Assembly: GCF_036321535.1 (NCBI RefSeq)
Contig: NC_087436.1
Location: 45,572,001-45,636,000 of the forward strand
Direction of reading: 5' to 3'
From: Camelus dromedarius
Lineage: Eukaryota
DNA: 64,000 bases
The position numbers were made by a program, and so were the translations under genes. Positions within the stretch are counted from its first letter, which is position 1, and the number at the start of each line of letters is the position of its first letter. Shown in pieces: positions 36,006-49,227 of the stretch. The notes beneath the pieces were generated by a model. It was not told where the DNA came from, did no database searches, and was given only the letters and a program-made list of their open reading frames with translations.

Positions 36006-38574
36006 TAGTACTTTCTTCTGCCTGGATGGACGAAGCCTCTGAGCCCATCCTTTTTCCTGTTGCTATTGTGTGTCTGTGAACAGAACCCAGGGATATTCAC
36101 ACCATGAGGAATGAAATGGTAGCTGTAGTTAGAATAAATGAATTTTTAAATGAATAAACCCAGACAGAAACCATCTGTTAAAATCTAAAGGGATATCTGT
36201 GCTCTGATTTTGCTCACGTTGGGTGCCAGAGTCTTGTCTCAATATTCAAGTAAGGCTTACTCATACTGATACTTAGATGTTAACGGTGCCTGAAGGGGTT
36301 CCTTACTCTGAAATTTCTTTGGAGCTGCTAGAGGGGTTTGTGGATAACATCGAGTTCATTATGCTTCTATAATGAAAACTTGGATACTGCTTATCTATAG
36401 AGAATAGCTCTGATTTCATCCTCATCCTCTTGTGCTTTGTAGCATTCTTGTCCCAAGACATTTGGACTAATGTTTATCTCTCTTTCCTTCAGCACTCATC
36501 AGTAACTCTTCATCTTTACTTAAAGGTGGATTCAATTTATAGCTTCAAACGCTGAGTCAGTATCAGGCGATTTCTTCAGCTCTGCTGGTGTTGATGCTGG
36601 CTGGGACTGTGTGAGACTGGAGCTCAGTTTTCTGCTCTGCTTGCTCTAGATTACCACCTCTATGCTAACTCTTCATGACACAGCACTACTATGCCTGTCA
36701 TACTTTTGATCATGTTGGTTTCATTCTATTATCCCTTCATGATTGGAAACTTCAGTTTAATTTCAGGAAGTTATTTTAAGTATTTTTATCAAAGGTATAT
36801 GTCACTCACATTTGGACTTTTTGATTTGCCTTCATTTCCAGTATTTTAAAAGTCATTAACTGGGAAATCTGCCTAACTGGTGTTACTGAAGTGAGTGCCC
36901 AAGGTATAGGAGTTTGGACTGGGAGCACATAAGGCCCCTTCCAGTACTCTTTTGATTTGGGTAAAATATTCTCCCAGAATAACAAATTTTCCTGACGTAC
37001 TATCTTTCTCCTTGCTTTAAAGTGTCAAGCTCCAAGAAATTTAAGCTCTCAATAGATAGAATCCTAGCTATTGAGTTTACTGTTGTATGCCCAATACGTA
37101 ATTTCTTTCTAAATGTTCTAATCCTTTTCTTGACTTCTCCAGGCCCTAAAATTTCAGGATTCTCCTTCACACATAATATTGCCTGGCACATATAAAACAC
37201 TCAAGAAATAACTGGTTGAGTGAATGAATGATTAAAAACTCATGCTCCTCCCCTGTCTAGAATTCTTTAGGGACCTGGGCTATCTGCAATTCTATCAGCT
37301 GAAAATTCACCTAACACCCCAGAAAGAGGAAGGGAGTTTCAGTCATTCCCTCCTCCAGTCACATTTGTCTTTAACATCGAATTGAGAAATTATGGGAATT
37401 TCCAGTAGAGATGGAGGAGCAGAAGCCCCTGTATTTTGAAACTCAGAGTGTGAAGGGCTGTGGGTTATAGGAAAGGAAGGGTGTCAGGACAGGGGAGAAG
37501 GCCAGATAGCCAGCTTGGAAATGCCAAACACAAACGCATTACCTCCCACTTGTGTTGTAGGCTGTATCTTTTCATTTTTCTTCTCAAACATCAGATGGAA
37601 ACTGGCTTCTCCAGAAGAGAGAAAAGCCCTAAAAGCCTCGGGCCCATCCTCTTTGCCGGGATGGCTGGGAATTCGGGGGCAGAGGTGGAGGGTTTCCCCG
37701 TGTTCCTCAGGCTCACACTTGATCATGAAGTGAGAAGACCTTCTCCCCCGAGGAAATGTACAGTGGCCTGGAGAGTTCAACTATGCCTGACAAGGTCATG
37801 TAGAAAGTTCAGCAGCCTGGTGATCTGTGAAGCAAGAGAAAGCAAAGTCCCCTGACTTTTGAAAGCCTTTGTTTTAATTACCCAATCCTAGTCATAATAA
37901 GTACCATAGCACACAAATACCCATTGAGTTCCTATTCTTAGATGCCTAAGGGCCCGGGATAATTCACAGACCCAAACCACTTCCAGCCTTATGTCCTAAA
38001 GACTTTTAGGATAATTTGTGAAAGTACAACTAATGACACTTTATGCTTTTTCTGCCTTGAGGGAAGGAAAGAGGAATACACCTAGGATAGGACTGGTGGA
38101 ATGCCAAAGCCGTCCAGGTACAAAGTGTGCCAACTATCAGCTCCCATGAGGTGTGCAAGCATTAGAGATGGAGATATTTCCGTGACTTTGTGGGCCCAAC
38201 CAACTGATTGAATGGGCTTGAGATTTTTTTTCCAGTATTAAAACAAGGGATCAAAACTTTAATGCTCTCTGTATTTTTGTGGTTGACATGGTTGTTGCTT
38301 TCAGTTGTTAATTTGTTAGTCAGACATGATTCCTTAACTAAGAGACAAAAAGATACATATATGTCTTTTCTTGAAAGTCAACCAGAATACTGTTTCATTC
38401 TAAGAGACTGACCTTAAAATTTTTTTTGTGTTTGAGGAAGAAAGGAAAGCACCAAAATAAGCAGAATCAGTAGAAGAGTGTAAACATGTTCTGAGCGCTT
38501 ACAAATTCACAGAACACTGTTACTATGTGTGTTTGCTTTGAGAGAAATTGGAGAGATTATAAATGAAAATGACG

Positions 38575-39170
38575 TATGGGGGGAGAAGACAGGTAGGTGA
38601 GAGAGATTTAAGAGCTACAGACTTCCAGTTGCAAAAATAAATGAGTCATAGGTATGAAACATAACAGTATGGGGAATATGGTCAATAATTATGTAATATC
38701 TGTACGGTGACAGATGGTAACCAGACTTGTTGGGGTGATCATTTTGAAATGTATAGAAATAACGAATCATCGTACTGTGTAACAGGAACTAACACAATGT
38801 AGTAGGTCAATTATACTTCACAACAAACTCATAGAAAAAGAGATCAGATTTGTGGTCACCAGAGATGAGGGAAGAGGATTAGATGAAGGCAGTCAAAAAG
38901 TACAAACTTCCGGTTATAAGGATGTAATGTACAGCATGATAACTAACACTGCTGTGTGTTAGATATGAAAGTAATAAGAGAGTAGATTCTAAGAGTTCTC
39001 ATCACAAGTAGAAAATTTTTTTCTATTTCTTTAATTTTGCATCTATATGAGATGATGGATGTTCAGTAAACTTACTGTGGTCATCATTTCATGATGCAGG
39101 TAAGTCAAATCATTATGTTGTACATTTTAAACTTATACATTATCTCTTATTAAAACTAGAAGAAAAAAAA
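38575..39170 (+). mobile_element. Older LINE-1 3' UTR (L1MA-like, sense)
   Basis: tacagacttccagtt...gatggtaaccagactt...agagtagattctaagagttctcatcacaag, ending in an A tail. Confidence 0.75.
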
Positions 39171-39628
39171 GATATAGTCAGGAAAAGATTTGTGGATGAG
39201 AGAGATTATAGTAATACCAATAAGAACGTTCTACTGTTGTCTAAATAATAGTGATGAATAATGAATAATAATGATAATAATTTGAACATCCATCAACTTA
39301 TGTGATCAACTTGTGATGTAGGCAGAATATTGGACAATGCCATTTCCATTTTACAAAGGAAGTGAAAAGATTTATGAGACATGCCCTAATGCAGTCAATA
39401 GATGGAGGAATCTGATTATTGATTTCCCCTCCTAACACCAGGGTGCCTCTCTGATAACACCTTAAACTTCTAGAGGATGCCTTAGTTATTAGAAATATTT
39501 TCATCTATATTATCTCAATGGATATATTTTTATTAGTGATTGTTATTCTATTAAGTCCTGCCTACATGAATAGTCTTCTTGAGGGATGTGCGTGTCTTGT
39601 TTAATTGGGTCAAGAGAGATGAAAATAA

Positions 39629-40075
39629 TTTTTTTTTTTTATTGAAATGTAGTTGATTTACAATGTTGGGTTAGTTTCTGTGTATAGCATAGTGAGTCAG
39701 TTATATATTCTCTTTCATAATATTACAAGCTATTGAATATTGTTCTCTGTGCTATACAGTAGGACCTTTTTGTTTATCTGTTTTGTATATAGTAGTTAGT
39801 ATCTGCTAATCCAAAACTTCCAATTTATCCCTTCCCCCCACCTTTCCTCTTAGGTAACCATGGGTTTGTTTTCTATGTTAAGTCTGTTCCTGTTTTGTAT
39901 ATAAGTTCATTTGTATCATTTTTAAGATTCCACATATAAGCAATATCATATATTTGTCTTTCTCTGTCTGACTTACTTCATTTAATGTGATAATCTCTAG
40001 GTCCGTCCATGTTTGCAGCCAGTGGCATGATTTCATTCTTTTTATGGCTGAGTATTCCATTGTATACATATGCAC
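39629..40075 (-). mobile_element. 5'-truncated LINE-1 3' end
   Basis: Poly-T, then attgaaatgtagttgatttacaatgttg...ttcattctttttatggctgagt. Confidence 0.9.
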
Positions 40076-42049
40076 CAAAATTTCTTAAAATTTTATATGT
40101 AAAGCTTTTTATAGGCATAATAATTAAAAGCAGTCATCTTGGTCATCTCCACTGTTTGCTGCTAGAATATAACAGACTTGTCTCATTTGAATCCTCTATT
40201 CAAAAATCTGGATTAATAGGAAAACGAAACAGACAGGAAATAGGCCAAGCATCCATAGAAGAGTTAAGGCAGAGTGAACTTTTCTTCTTTAATGAGACCT
40301 GATATACAAATGTATCAGAATGTGCTTGTCTATGATTTTTGTTTTCAAAATTGTTTTGTGATGAAATTGTGGCCACGGGTTCCTGCAGCCTCATTGTGCA
40401 GGGGGCTATGGGAGGCTTTGATTTGGGCCTCGAGGGGAAGGACTAGGAAGATTCTCAGGCTTCCTTCAAGCCACAGGAAGTTCTTGAAATGGAGGTGAGA
40501 GGATCCTAGAGCAGACCAGTTGGGTATTCACAGAGGTCAGAGTAGCCATACCAGCATAGTGGCATTTTTAAGATAAGAGATTCAGAATTGGCCACAAGTT
40601 CAGAGACTGTAAGTGCTGCTTAGGGTTTGTTGCTGGGGTTTCTTTTGGAGGACCTGGTGAACTGTGCCGTGTAGTCCCTGCCAACTGCTGCCAGTGAGAC
40701 ACTTTTGAAGAGTGACCCATCTGGGTGCCATCTATAAACACCTTGCAGTTGAAGAGCAGTACTTAATGTTTGTGAAATGAGTATTGTTTACATTTACTTT
40801 CTTTGGTATGTCTTGTGATTATAGGAATTCAATTAATCTGAGCAACTATGAAAATTCCAAAAAATAGTAAGTGTGCTACTTAACGAGATTAAAAATTTAT
40901 CTAACAGACCTTTAGATTAACACACCCAAAGAAGGGAATCAGGCACATAAATAGCAGAAAATTGTGACTTATGTTTCCTCCCGTTCTTAGAGTTATAATG
41001 TGATCTCACAGAAGTTTTGGGCTGGAATCCTAAATGACATTCCCTGTTCCGCAGTGTTAAGGACATGGCAAACTGAGGGTCATGGTGACATTTTCTCCTT
41101 CCTCCCTCCCCTCTTTTATTTTCTTTTGTTTCAGTTTTTGGGCTGAGTTGGGTTGGGTTAGAGACTATTTATACAGATAATGTATATATCTCATCATCCA
41201 GGTACTCTCCCAATGAAATTTTCATTAATCATCCCTCAGGAAAAAAAAATTTGGTTTCCTGTTGCAGTTGGGGAGCCTAGTGAAGACTGTGTAATGGTGT
41301 TTAACAGGTCAGTGCTATTAATCCTGGCACTGGAATTACTGCTGTCCTAGCAATTTGGCAGTATTCCAAAAGAGATTAAGAGTTCTCAAAGTAACCCAGT
41401 TTTCTGTAGAAACAAGATGATTGGCAACTTTTGTGGTTCTGGTGAGTTTTGGGCTTCAATATTAATCTCGCCTACCATCCACATTTATTTTCAGGTTCTT
41501 TTTAGTCCATACAAGTCTCTTATTTTAATTTTCTGCCATACTTAATTGGGGTCACTAATGTTAAGACTTTTATCTCTTCGTTCCCGTTGTGTAAGTCCAG
41601 AAACCAGTACATTGTTCTTCCATGTGTAGGTGAAAGCCAATAATCCCTAGTCATGGGCAAGTCTCCACTTGTCCAGGAATGAATTAGATGGCATCCTATC
41701 AGTGGCTGAAAACAGGGGGAAGGGTTCTTATCAAGTATATCGGTGATGCAGAGATAGGCAACTTTCTTCATCAGCTACCTGAGCAGCTTGATCCAAAGTT
41801 TCACGGAGTGGGGAGTAGAGGCAGTCTGGGAGGCATCTTGGAGGGTGAAACCTCCGGGGTGTCCCTAACCCGGAGCTAGGACTCAGAGGTGCTTCCACAT
41901 CCAGGATGCTGAGTGAATTGATATGAGATGGGTCTTTGGCATAAGAATTGTTTTAGCATGCATCTTGGCGACTGTAAAGTCCAATCAGGTTGAGAACCAC
42001 TGTCCTAAATGGAAGCCTGGTGGGAGTTCAGGGTCAGTGCTGGGTGAAG

Positions 42050-42280
42050 AAATAAAGTGCAAGAGCTGTAGACAGAAGATTCTGGTACTCAGTAACTGTG
42101 TGACCTTGGGCCAGTCCCCTGCCCTCCCCGTGTCTATGTTTCTCTTTGTCTGTTTAACCAGGATAATGGTGCCCCATGATGCTGTTGTGATGACCAGATT
42201 TCATCATGTAGGATCTCGATAAAGTTCTTTAAATGTGAAATCCCTGCCAGCACCTAGTGAAGTGCTTGTCAGCCAGAAGT
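42050..42280 (+). mobile_element. MIR
   Basis: aactgtgtgaccttgggccagtc...gttgtgatga. Confidence 0.6.
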
Positions 42281-43954
42281 GAAGCTGGCATCACGTAGTC
42301 TGAGAGCTGTGGGGAAGGAGCAGAGGCCACCTGCCACTCTAGCCCCAGTGGGGCAGAGGATACTTGTCCTAACCAAGAAGATGAAATTCCTGTATCTCAG
42401 ATTAAGACATAGTAATAGTAGCTCAAGTAACAGAAAAGAATATCCTGCCTATTTTATGAAACAGTGTGCAATCAATCAAAATTCCAAATAACTAAAAATG
42501 TTACAATTCTATAGCCAGGTATTATATTTCTTTTGGGAAATCCTCATTAAGATCCATTACGGTACCAGTTGTCTTCATCATTGTTATTTTTAATCTTGCC
42601 ATTCCTCCTTACTCCCCACTCTGCCAGGCTGATTTTTGTCAAGTTATTTTTTCAAACTTAGTATTTCTGTGCTTGTCAGAAACCTAGGGTAAATGTGTTA
42701 CATCCAAATTGCACACCCCAGATGCAAGGACTACGCCCTGAAGTATTTATTATCTAAGGAACATTCGGATCCTTAAGACAACTACTTCTTTTTTAATGCT
42801 TCGACTTACAAATAAAGGAAATAAACAGATGCATCAGAAAGTGCATTGATATGAACCCATCTTACCAAACATTTCATAAGAACACCTGTTTCAGGCTGAA
42901 GTTTTTTCTGACTTACCCAGGGGATTTGTGGTAAGTGGAGAGAGCAGTCATAGCGCGCATGCCTGCATTCTGTCTGTCCGTCAGGGGACCAAATGATCCA
43001 CTAAGGCAGCTCTGTCTGTGCTGTGGGACCCTCCTCACTTCAGCTCCTTCCATGAAGACTTCAGCTCTGATAGACTCCACGCGCAACATACGGCATTTAA
43101 TTTATCTAGGAGCTGGTGAATATCATCGTATGTGATATTTAACAGTAGAGACCATTACAAGAAATGCACTGGAAGCTACTCCATGCCTCAGGGTTTAAAT
43201 AATATTTCTCCAGAGGCCTTATCTATCCTTCCATTCCTGTTCTAAACTAGATTCAGCTTTTCTACTCAGCACTTTTCTAGCTTACCATGTATCTCAGGTT
43301 TAACTGATTATTTCTGTTCCTTGTCATGGTTGTTGCTGGCTGTCTGATTCCCCTGCAAACTAAAAGCTCCGTCTAACATATCTGATCTCTGAAAAGCAAA
43401 GGAGTTACTAATCTAAGTAAGTCAGACCTTTAAGGTAACATTTTTATTAACAAAAAAATCCCAAGGATTATTTGACATCAGCTTACAAATATTACAAAAT
43501 GATTTAAATTTAGGTTTCTAGTAGTGTCTGGAAAACAAGTGATACATGGATGTTGTAAAAATTCCACTAGGAATGATTATTAACAGTTTGAGGGATTTTA
43601 CTTTATAAATGCTTTATAACTATCAGTATGTGTGTGTGTTACCTTTTTAAAATGTACAAAAATTGGATCATACTATACAGAATGTTCTGCTCCTTATCTT
43701 CTTCACTTAATCATCATGTATCCAGGAGCCTTTCAGTGTCAGCACCTAAGGCAAATGTACCAGGTACATTTTATTGCTGTATTGTGTTCATGGTCATTTT
43801 TAACCAATCTCATGTCAATTATTTTAGGACATTTACATTATGTCCTAACCATCTCACTGATATTGTGAAACACAAGACTTGCTGTACTTTTGCTAGTATA
43901 CCTAAAGGGTATGTTGTATTTCCAACAATAGAATTATTAGGTCAAAGAAATGTA

Positions 43955-44320
43955 TTTTTTCTTTCTTCTCTTTTAAAATCATTTTTTTACATCAGAGTAA
44001 CATTGGGTTATAACATATAAGTTTCACGTGCACATTTCTGTATACCCTATAGCCCACCCACCACGAAAATTTTAGTTTCTGTTCGTGACATACAGTTGTT
44101 CCCGTTTACTCATTTCACCCTCCCCCTCTGGTAACCACTACTCTGTTCTCTGCATCCACATGCTTTTCTTTGGTTTGGTTCCTCATGTATTTTGCTGTTA
44201 GTTTATTAGGTTTTTTTTATTATTATTCTACATATGAGTGAAATCATATGCTGTCTTTCTCAGTTTGACTTAGCATAATACCGTCAAGGTCCGTCCATGT
44301 TGTCACAAACGGCGAGATTT
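43955..44320 (-). mobile_element. LINE-1 3' end of a different subfamily, inside an older L1M relic
   Basis: ccctctggtaaccactactctgttctctg...catatgagtgaaatcatatg...gtccatgttgtcacaaacggcgagatttc. Confidence 0.75.
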
Positions 44321-45180
44321 CAAAGGAAGTGTGTGTTTTCAGCTTTGGTATGTATAATGTGCAGTTTTAGCCTCATGTGTCTTGATCCACAAGGGATTTT
44401 TCAAACTTTTTAATGGAGAGATCCTATTAAAGATTCCAATCAAGATAAATGAGTCAAATCTAGAAATGATCACTCAGTAAAAAGTGAAATTGTACACTCT
44501 GAGTTGTTGAGGAGTAGAGGAAGTAAATTTTAAACAACTACAATGCATATGTATCCCCATTTAACTGCTGGTTCATTGCCCGCCTCCCCCCCCCCCCAAA
44601 AGTGCTGTTATTCCCCATTGTAAGCGGTGGTCACTCTGTACCACCTCCCAAGTGCAGAGTCCTTACGCTGGGTTTTTTTTGGTGGTGGTTAATTTGCTTT
44701 AACCTGTTCTGGGATCTGAGTATTCCTACTCTGGGAACTGTCGGATTCAAACCAGCGGCCTCTCCCATGTTTATAAAGGGTTGCTACTGTTGGGTCAGCC
44801 GTTGCCATATTTTGACCACTGACAAAACCTCACATTTTTTTTTTTCTGATTATAGGATACAAGTGTAATACAGCATTTTTATTGCCCAATCCTGGAAATG
44901 ATAGCACCTTTGGTTATTGAGTTAGTGAGGGCAGAAGGAGGAGGGGTCGGGGTGGTTGGCACTACAGAATAAAAAGTCCTTTAGAAACCTTGTTTTGATT
45001 CCAAAGTACCTTAACGTGTAAGTCAGGGGCCAACAAGGGAGCAATGCAAGAGTGGTTTTACCAACTATTCCTGTTCGTGCAGAAACAATGGGAAGTATTG
45101 CTGATGACATACACCCAAGGCTCCTTCTCCCCAGGCGGAATTCCCGAGTGCTTATCGTCATTACTGGGGTATCCTCTTTG

Positions 45181-45197
45181 ACACCCAGATGGCGCTA
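45181..45197 (+). promoter_or_regulatory. Candidate CTCF site
   Basis: acacCCAGATGGCGCTA resembles the CCASYAGRKGGCRS core and retains its CpG. Confidence 0.45.
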
Positions 45198-47865
45198 AAA
45201 TTGCAAGGCTGGAGTACAGAGTTATTCAACTCTTTCTCAAGTAAATACATGGTCAGACCTCACGGTCAGAGCCTTGGTTTGAAGGAAGAATTGTTTTAGT
45301 ATGCATCTCAAACTTTTTTAGAAAGGACCTCAGTGCTTATTACCATGAATTGTTTCTGTCAGAATTTGAAACCTGTTCACATGATACATTCATATTTGGC
45401 ACCTCCTTGAGTACATGCTGCGGCAAATGGCTAATGATGAAGAAGCAGGCTTCTTCTGAACTAGGAACTCCAGACTCTGCGACAGAGAAGAAACACCTTG
45501 TTAATCAGGGCTGTGGCTTCCTCCAGCGCTCCTTGCTGCGTTGTGCCTACCGTTGCTGAAGGAGTTTAGAAACGTCCACTGCTCTCTCCACAGCCCCTCT
45601 CCTGTTCCATTAACTGTTATCATTGAAACTAGACTTTGGTGAGAAAAATGATACATTTTTTTAAAAAACCAAGATGCTAGAGTGACCTTACAGCTGGGAA
45701 GAGGTGCATGAGGCCTCAGTCACCTGCCCTCGCTAAACACGATGGCCCCAACTCTTGGCCTCTTTGAGGCCCTAGATTGAATAATCTTTATCATCTGATA
45801 GAAAGATGAATTTCACACGAACCAGAAACTTCTATACCAACAATCTCTCCTTCAAGCTGTTCTATGGAAAATGCTCATTTCACATCCTGTTGTGAACTTG
45901 CTAATAGGCACTTATTTTGTGAAAAGGTGGCTCATGAAATAAAATATTTAACAATAAACACTTAACTACAAAACACTTTAATAATAGTAATAATAGTATA
46001 AAAACTGTCTTATTCAGCACCTGTATATTAGAGACTCCAGGCTAACTAAATATCTTAGTTAATTTGTCCTACAAAATTCACAGAACTAGAACTAATTTAC
46101 AAGTTAGATATTATTACCATTTCAGACAAATAAAGACTTAGGTTAAGTAACCTGTTGTGAAACTAGTGAGAGCTGTGATGGGAATTTGCAACTCTCCTCC
46201 ATGGGTGGTGTCTTACAGTGGTTGGCGCAGGGTACAGGCACAGCCAGAAGTGTGTCAGGATTGATTAGTGATGTCTGCCATGAGCATCAGTCAGGACTAG
46301 GGGCAGCAGAACAGAAGCTGCATATCTGTTTTTTTGCATCACATCAAGATGATGTAACTTAGGAAAAAAACAAGTCTCCTCCCTTCAGGTGTATTTTGGT
46401 GAAGTGCCACAGTCTGAGGGCCCTGTGCCCAGTCATCCTAAAAAGCCACATGGTTCCAAAGTGTACAGTGGCTGAGACGTGGCAGGGACAGAGCTACTGG
46501 CTTCCCACAGATAACAATCAGCCCGCTGGCCAAGCAGCTCCCCGCTGGCTCCCAGCAGTAGCATTGTCACATCCTAACAAAGCCCCTTTGCCTTCAGACA
46601 CGTCGGCCCAATGGCTGGCACTGAGGGTTTCCCTGAAAAACTGCACTGTCCTCTGTTCTGAGTCAGCCTCATTGTTCAGAGCTTAGGGAGTGGGGCTTGT
46701 GTCCAGATATGGGACAACAACATGTGCTCTGTACTTGTTACCAGCAATATTGTGGGTCACTGTGATACCTGAACGTTCTATTCTGCCGTACTCTGAAATG
46801 ACCTCCTCATGCCCTCATCCTCACTAGTGGAGGTACGTTTATGGACGGGGTAGCCTACTGGAATGACTTATCTGGAGCAACACTTAGGACATTTTAAATA
46901 AAAGTGCCTCTGAAAGAAAGCAAGCTCCCATTTCCCTATTGGCTGAGGCTGCTGCTTACTTCAGTAGTTGTTCAATAGTTTATTTCCTAACTGACTTTTA
47001 GAACCTAAAAGGGTTTCTAAAGAAGAAAAAGGAAGGGCAGGCACATCTCCTGCCTGATCAGCTGTCTGTCCTTTCAGTCACGCGTGCAGTTGGCGAACCC
47101 TGGGACCTACGCCCATGGGGTTCACTCCGTAAGGGAAGCTGCGTGTTCCAGCTGCCAGGTGCTCTCATACTTCATGTTACATCATCTCACAGCTCTCCTG
47201 TTTCCTTAGCAGTTCCTTGATAAAAATTCCATGTGTCAGTTTACTGTTAAACAATCTCTCAGTTTTCCAGCAATCTCTGCGCCCCTATGCCTGTGTAAAG
47301 ACAAACACGTAACAGGGCACTGAAGAACAGCATTTGAGTCATGTTAGTCCATGGCTGTGGGGCTCGGAGGACTGAACCTGGATGGGCTTCTGGGGGGATG
47401 ACAGTAGAGCTAAGCCTTCTTCCTCTGGCTTCTGTGAGAAAGACAGATTAGAGAGAGGTTTAGGGACCAGAGCCAGGGGATTTGGAGAATGATTGGACAC
47501 AGGAACTGAGATAATTCCAAGAGTTTTCAGCCAACTCCATTTCATCCCCAAGGAATAGTTCTCAAGCCGAAACCCAGAGGTCATCAGAGCTCTTGAGATA
47601 TTACCTTGGATCTGTTCCCTTTTTCCATGACTTCTTTTTGGAACATTGATGAAGAATGAGTGGCATATGTATGGCCTTCAGGATACAGCACTGAGAAGTT
47701 TTATTCCTCTTGTTTACAAAACATTTTTAAATGCTCTGGGTACATGCAAGTGCTTGTGATTCACCTCCTCGCGTCTCCTGCCCATGACAGTCTTCTAGGA
47801 ACGGTTAATGTCAGAAGTGAAATTATTCTCCTGAATGTTGTTTCTTTTCTCTTTTCATTATGAAG

Positions 47866-48017
47866 TATATTCGGTGCTCTTCGAACTGGTGCTTATATGG
47901 TGTACATTTTGATGACCAAAGGCCTGAAGCATTCAGTTTGTGACCAGAGTTTTTACAATGGACCTGTCAGCAAATTCTGGGCTTATGCATTTGTGCTAAG
48001 CAAAGCACCCGAACTAG
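47866..48017 (+). CDS. ELOVL6: ELOVL6 internal coding exon (third coding exon, 152 bp): [50 protein letters not shown](G)
   Basis: Acceptor ttttctcttttcattatgaag|T and donor CTAG|gtgagt. Encodes the first half of the ELO KxxExxDT motif (KAPELG|DT), which is completed by the next exon. Confidence 0.97.
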
Positions 48018-49158
48018 GTGAGTGTCTTCTCCCCTTCCGTTTTCTCCCCTAACCCCTCACCCCTATGTAGCTAAACCCCCACAATGTTTATTTAAAGGCA
48101 AACGATTTGAAGGTCCCATTTTATTGGTTGCAGGAAAGTTACAATGAATGAATGAGAGTTCCTGACTAACCTCCATGATTTTTTTCTCCTCCCTCCTTCC
48201 CTCCTTTTAAATAATAGTACTTTGTGTATCTGAAGAGTAGAATAGTATACACAGAGCATGCTGGTGCCCAAGCTGTCCTGAAAACACGCTTCCGGGGCCT
48301 TATGACACCCCTCAGGCCCCTCAGGCCGTGAACAGCTGAGCTAGCGTAGAATGCGGGGTAAAGGAGCAGCACGGCTGTCTCCTGGCCCCACATCGGAGCA
48401 CAGGTTCAGCTCCGGAGGGAGGATGCAGACTAGGAAATTCCGCTTGTTTGGGTATCCTCGTGTTCTCATTAACAAGCGTGAAGGGTAGTTTCTGGTGTCC
48501 TAAAGAAACTGGCCTTAGCAAGCTGCAGTTCACCTTCAAGAAATTAACCCCAAATCCTATGTGTAGATTCCTAAGGTTTCTCCTTTAACTTGTTAATAGT
48601 CTTGAATGTAAGTGGGCCACAGGTTAGCAGAAACAGTGAAAAACTAAGTGGCAAGGATTTGACATGGGCACAGTTTTACAGGAAAAGATCTTTATTGCCA
48701 GAAAAAGGGATCTGCTGGTGACAAGCTCTGAGTTCACCCATGCGCAGTGCTGGCTGTCAACTCACAAACTGGTTTCTGTCCTTAGGGGCACCTGATCATC
48801 CTCTGGGCTTCTTAATTTTTTTTTTATTGGGAATTAAGAATTGGCTTATTTAGTTCAAATTTTTTTTATTTATAGATTGTGTTCCCTGTCCTGTTTCTCC
48901 TAAAAGTGAGGTGAGAGGTTGTAATTTCATTATGAGCCACCTGCAGTATTCGCTATCAACGGTCTTTCTGAAAGGTGCGCCTCTAGTTCGTGTCTGTTCA
49001 CAAAGGATGTAAGGTGTCTCCGGTGTGTGCATCCCAACTGCACTTTCCACCGGGGGCTGTACCCCTGCTGCCTCCAGGTGTTGGCATTTGGTTTGAACTA
49101 TTGATTTGACCCCTGTCTTCCAAGGTCAAAGACTAGGGAAGAGCAGCAGGAGAAAACT

Positions 49159-49190
49159 TGTGTGTGTGCATGTGCACCCGTGCATGCACG

Positions 49191-49226
<36 letters not shown>
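49159..49226. repeat. (TG)n...(CG)n(CA)n compound microsatellite
   Basis: Directly visible. Confidence 0.95.

Positions 49227-49227
<1 letters not shown>

Noticed and set aside
37460..37855. 131-aa ORF and other 60-145 aa ORFs in the track (e.g. 7517, 20524, 43628, 55362, 63360)
   Set aside because: No recognisable homology, many non-ATG starts, and most overlap repeats or UTR; consistent with chance.
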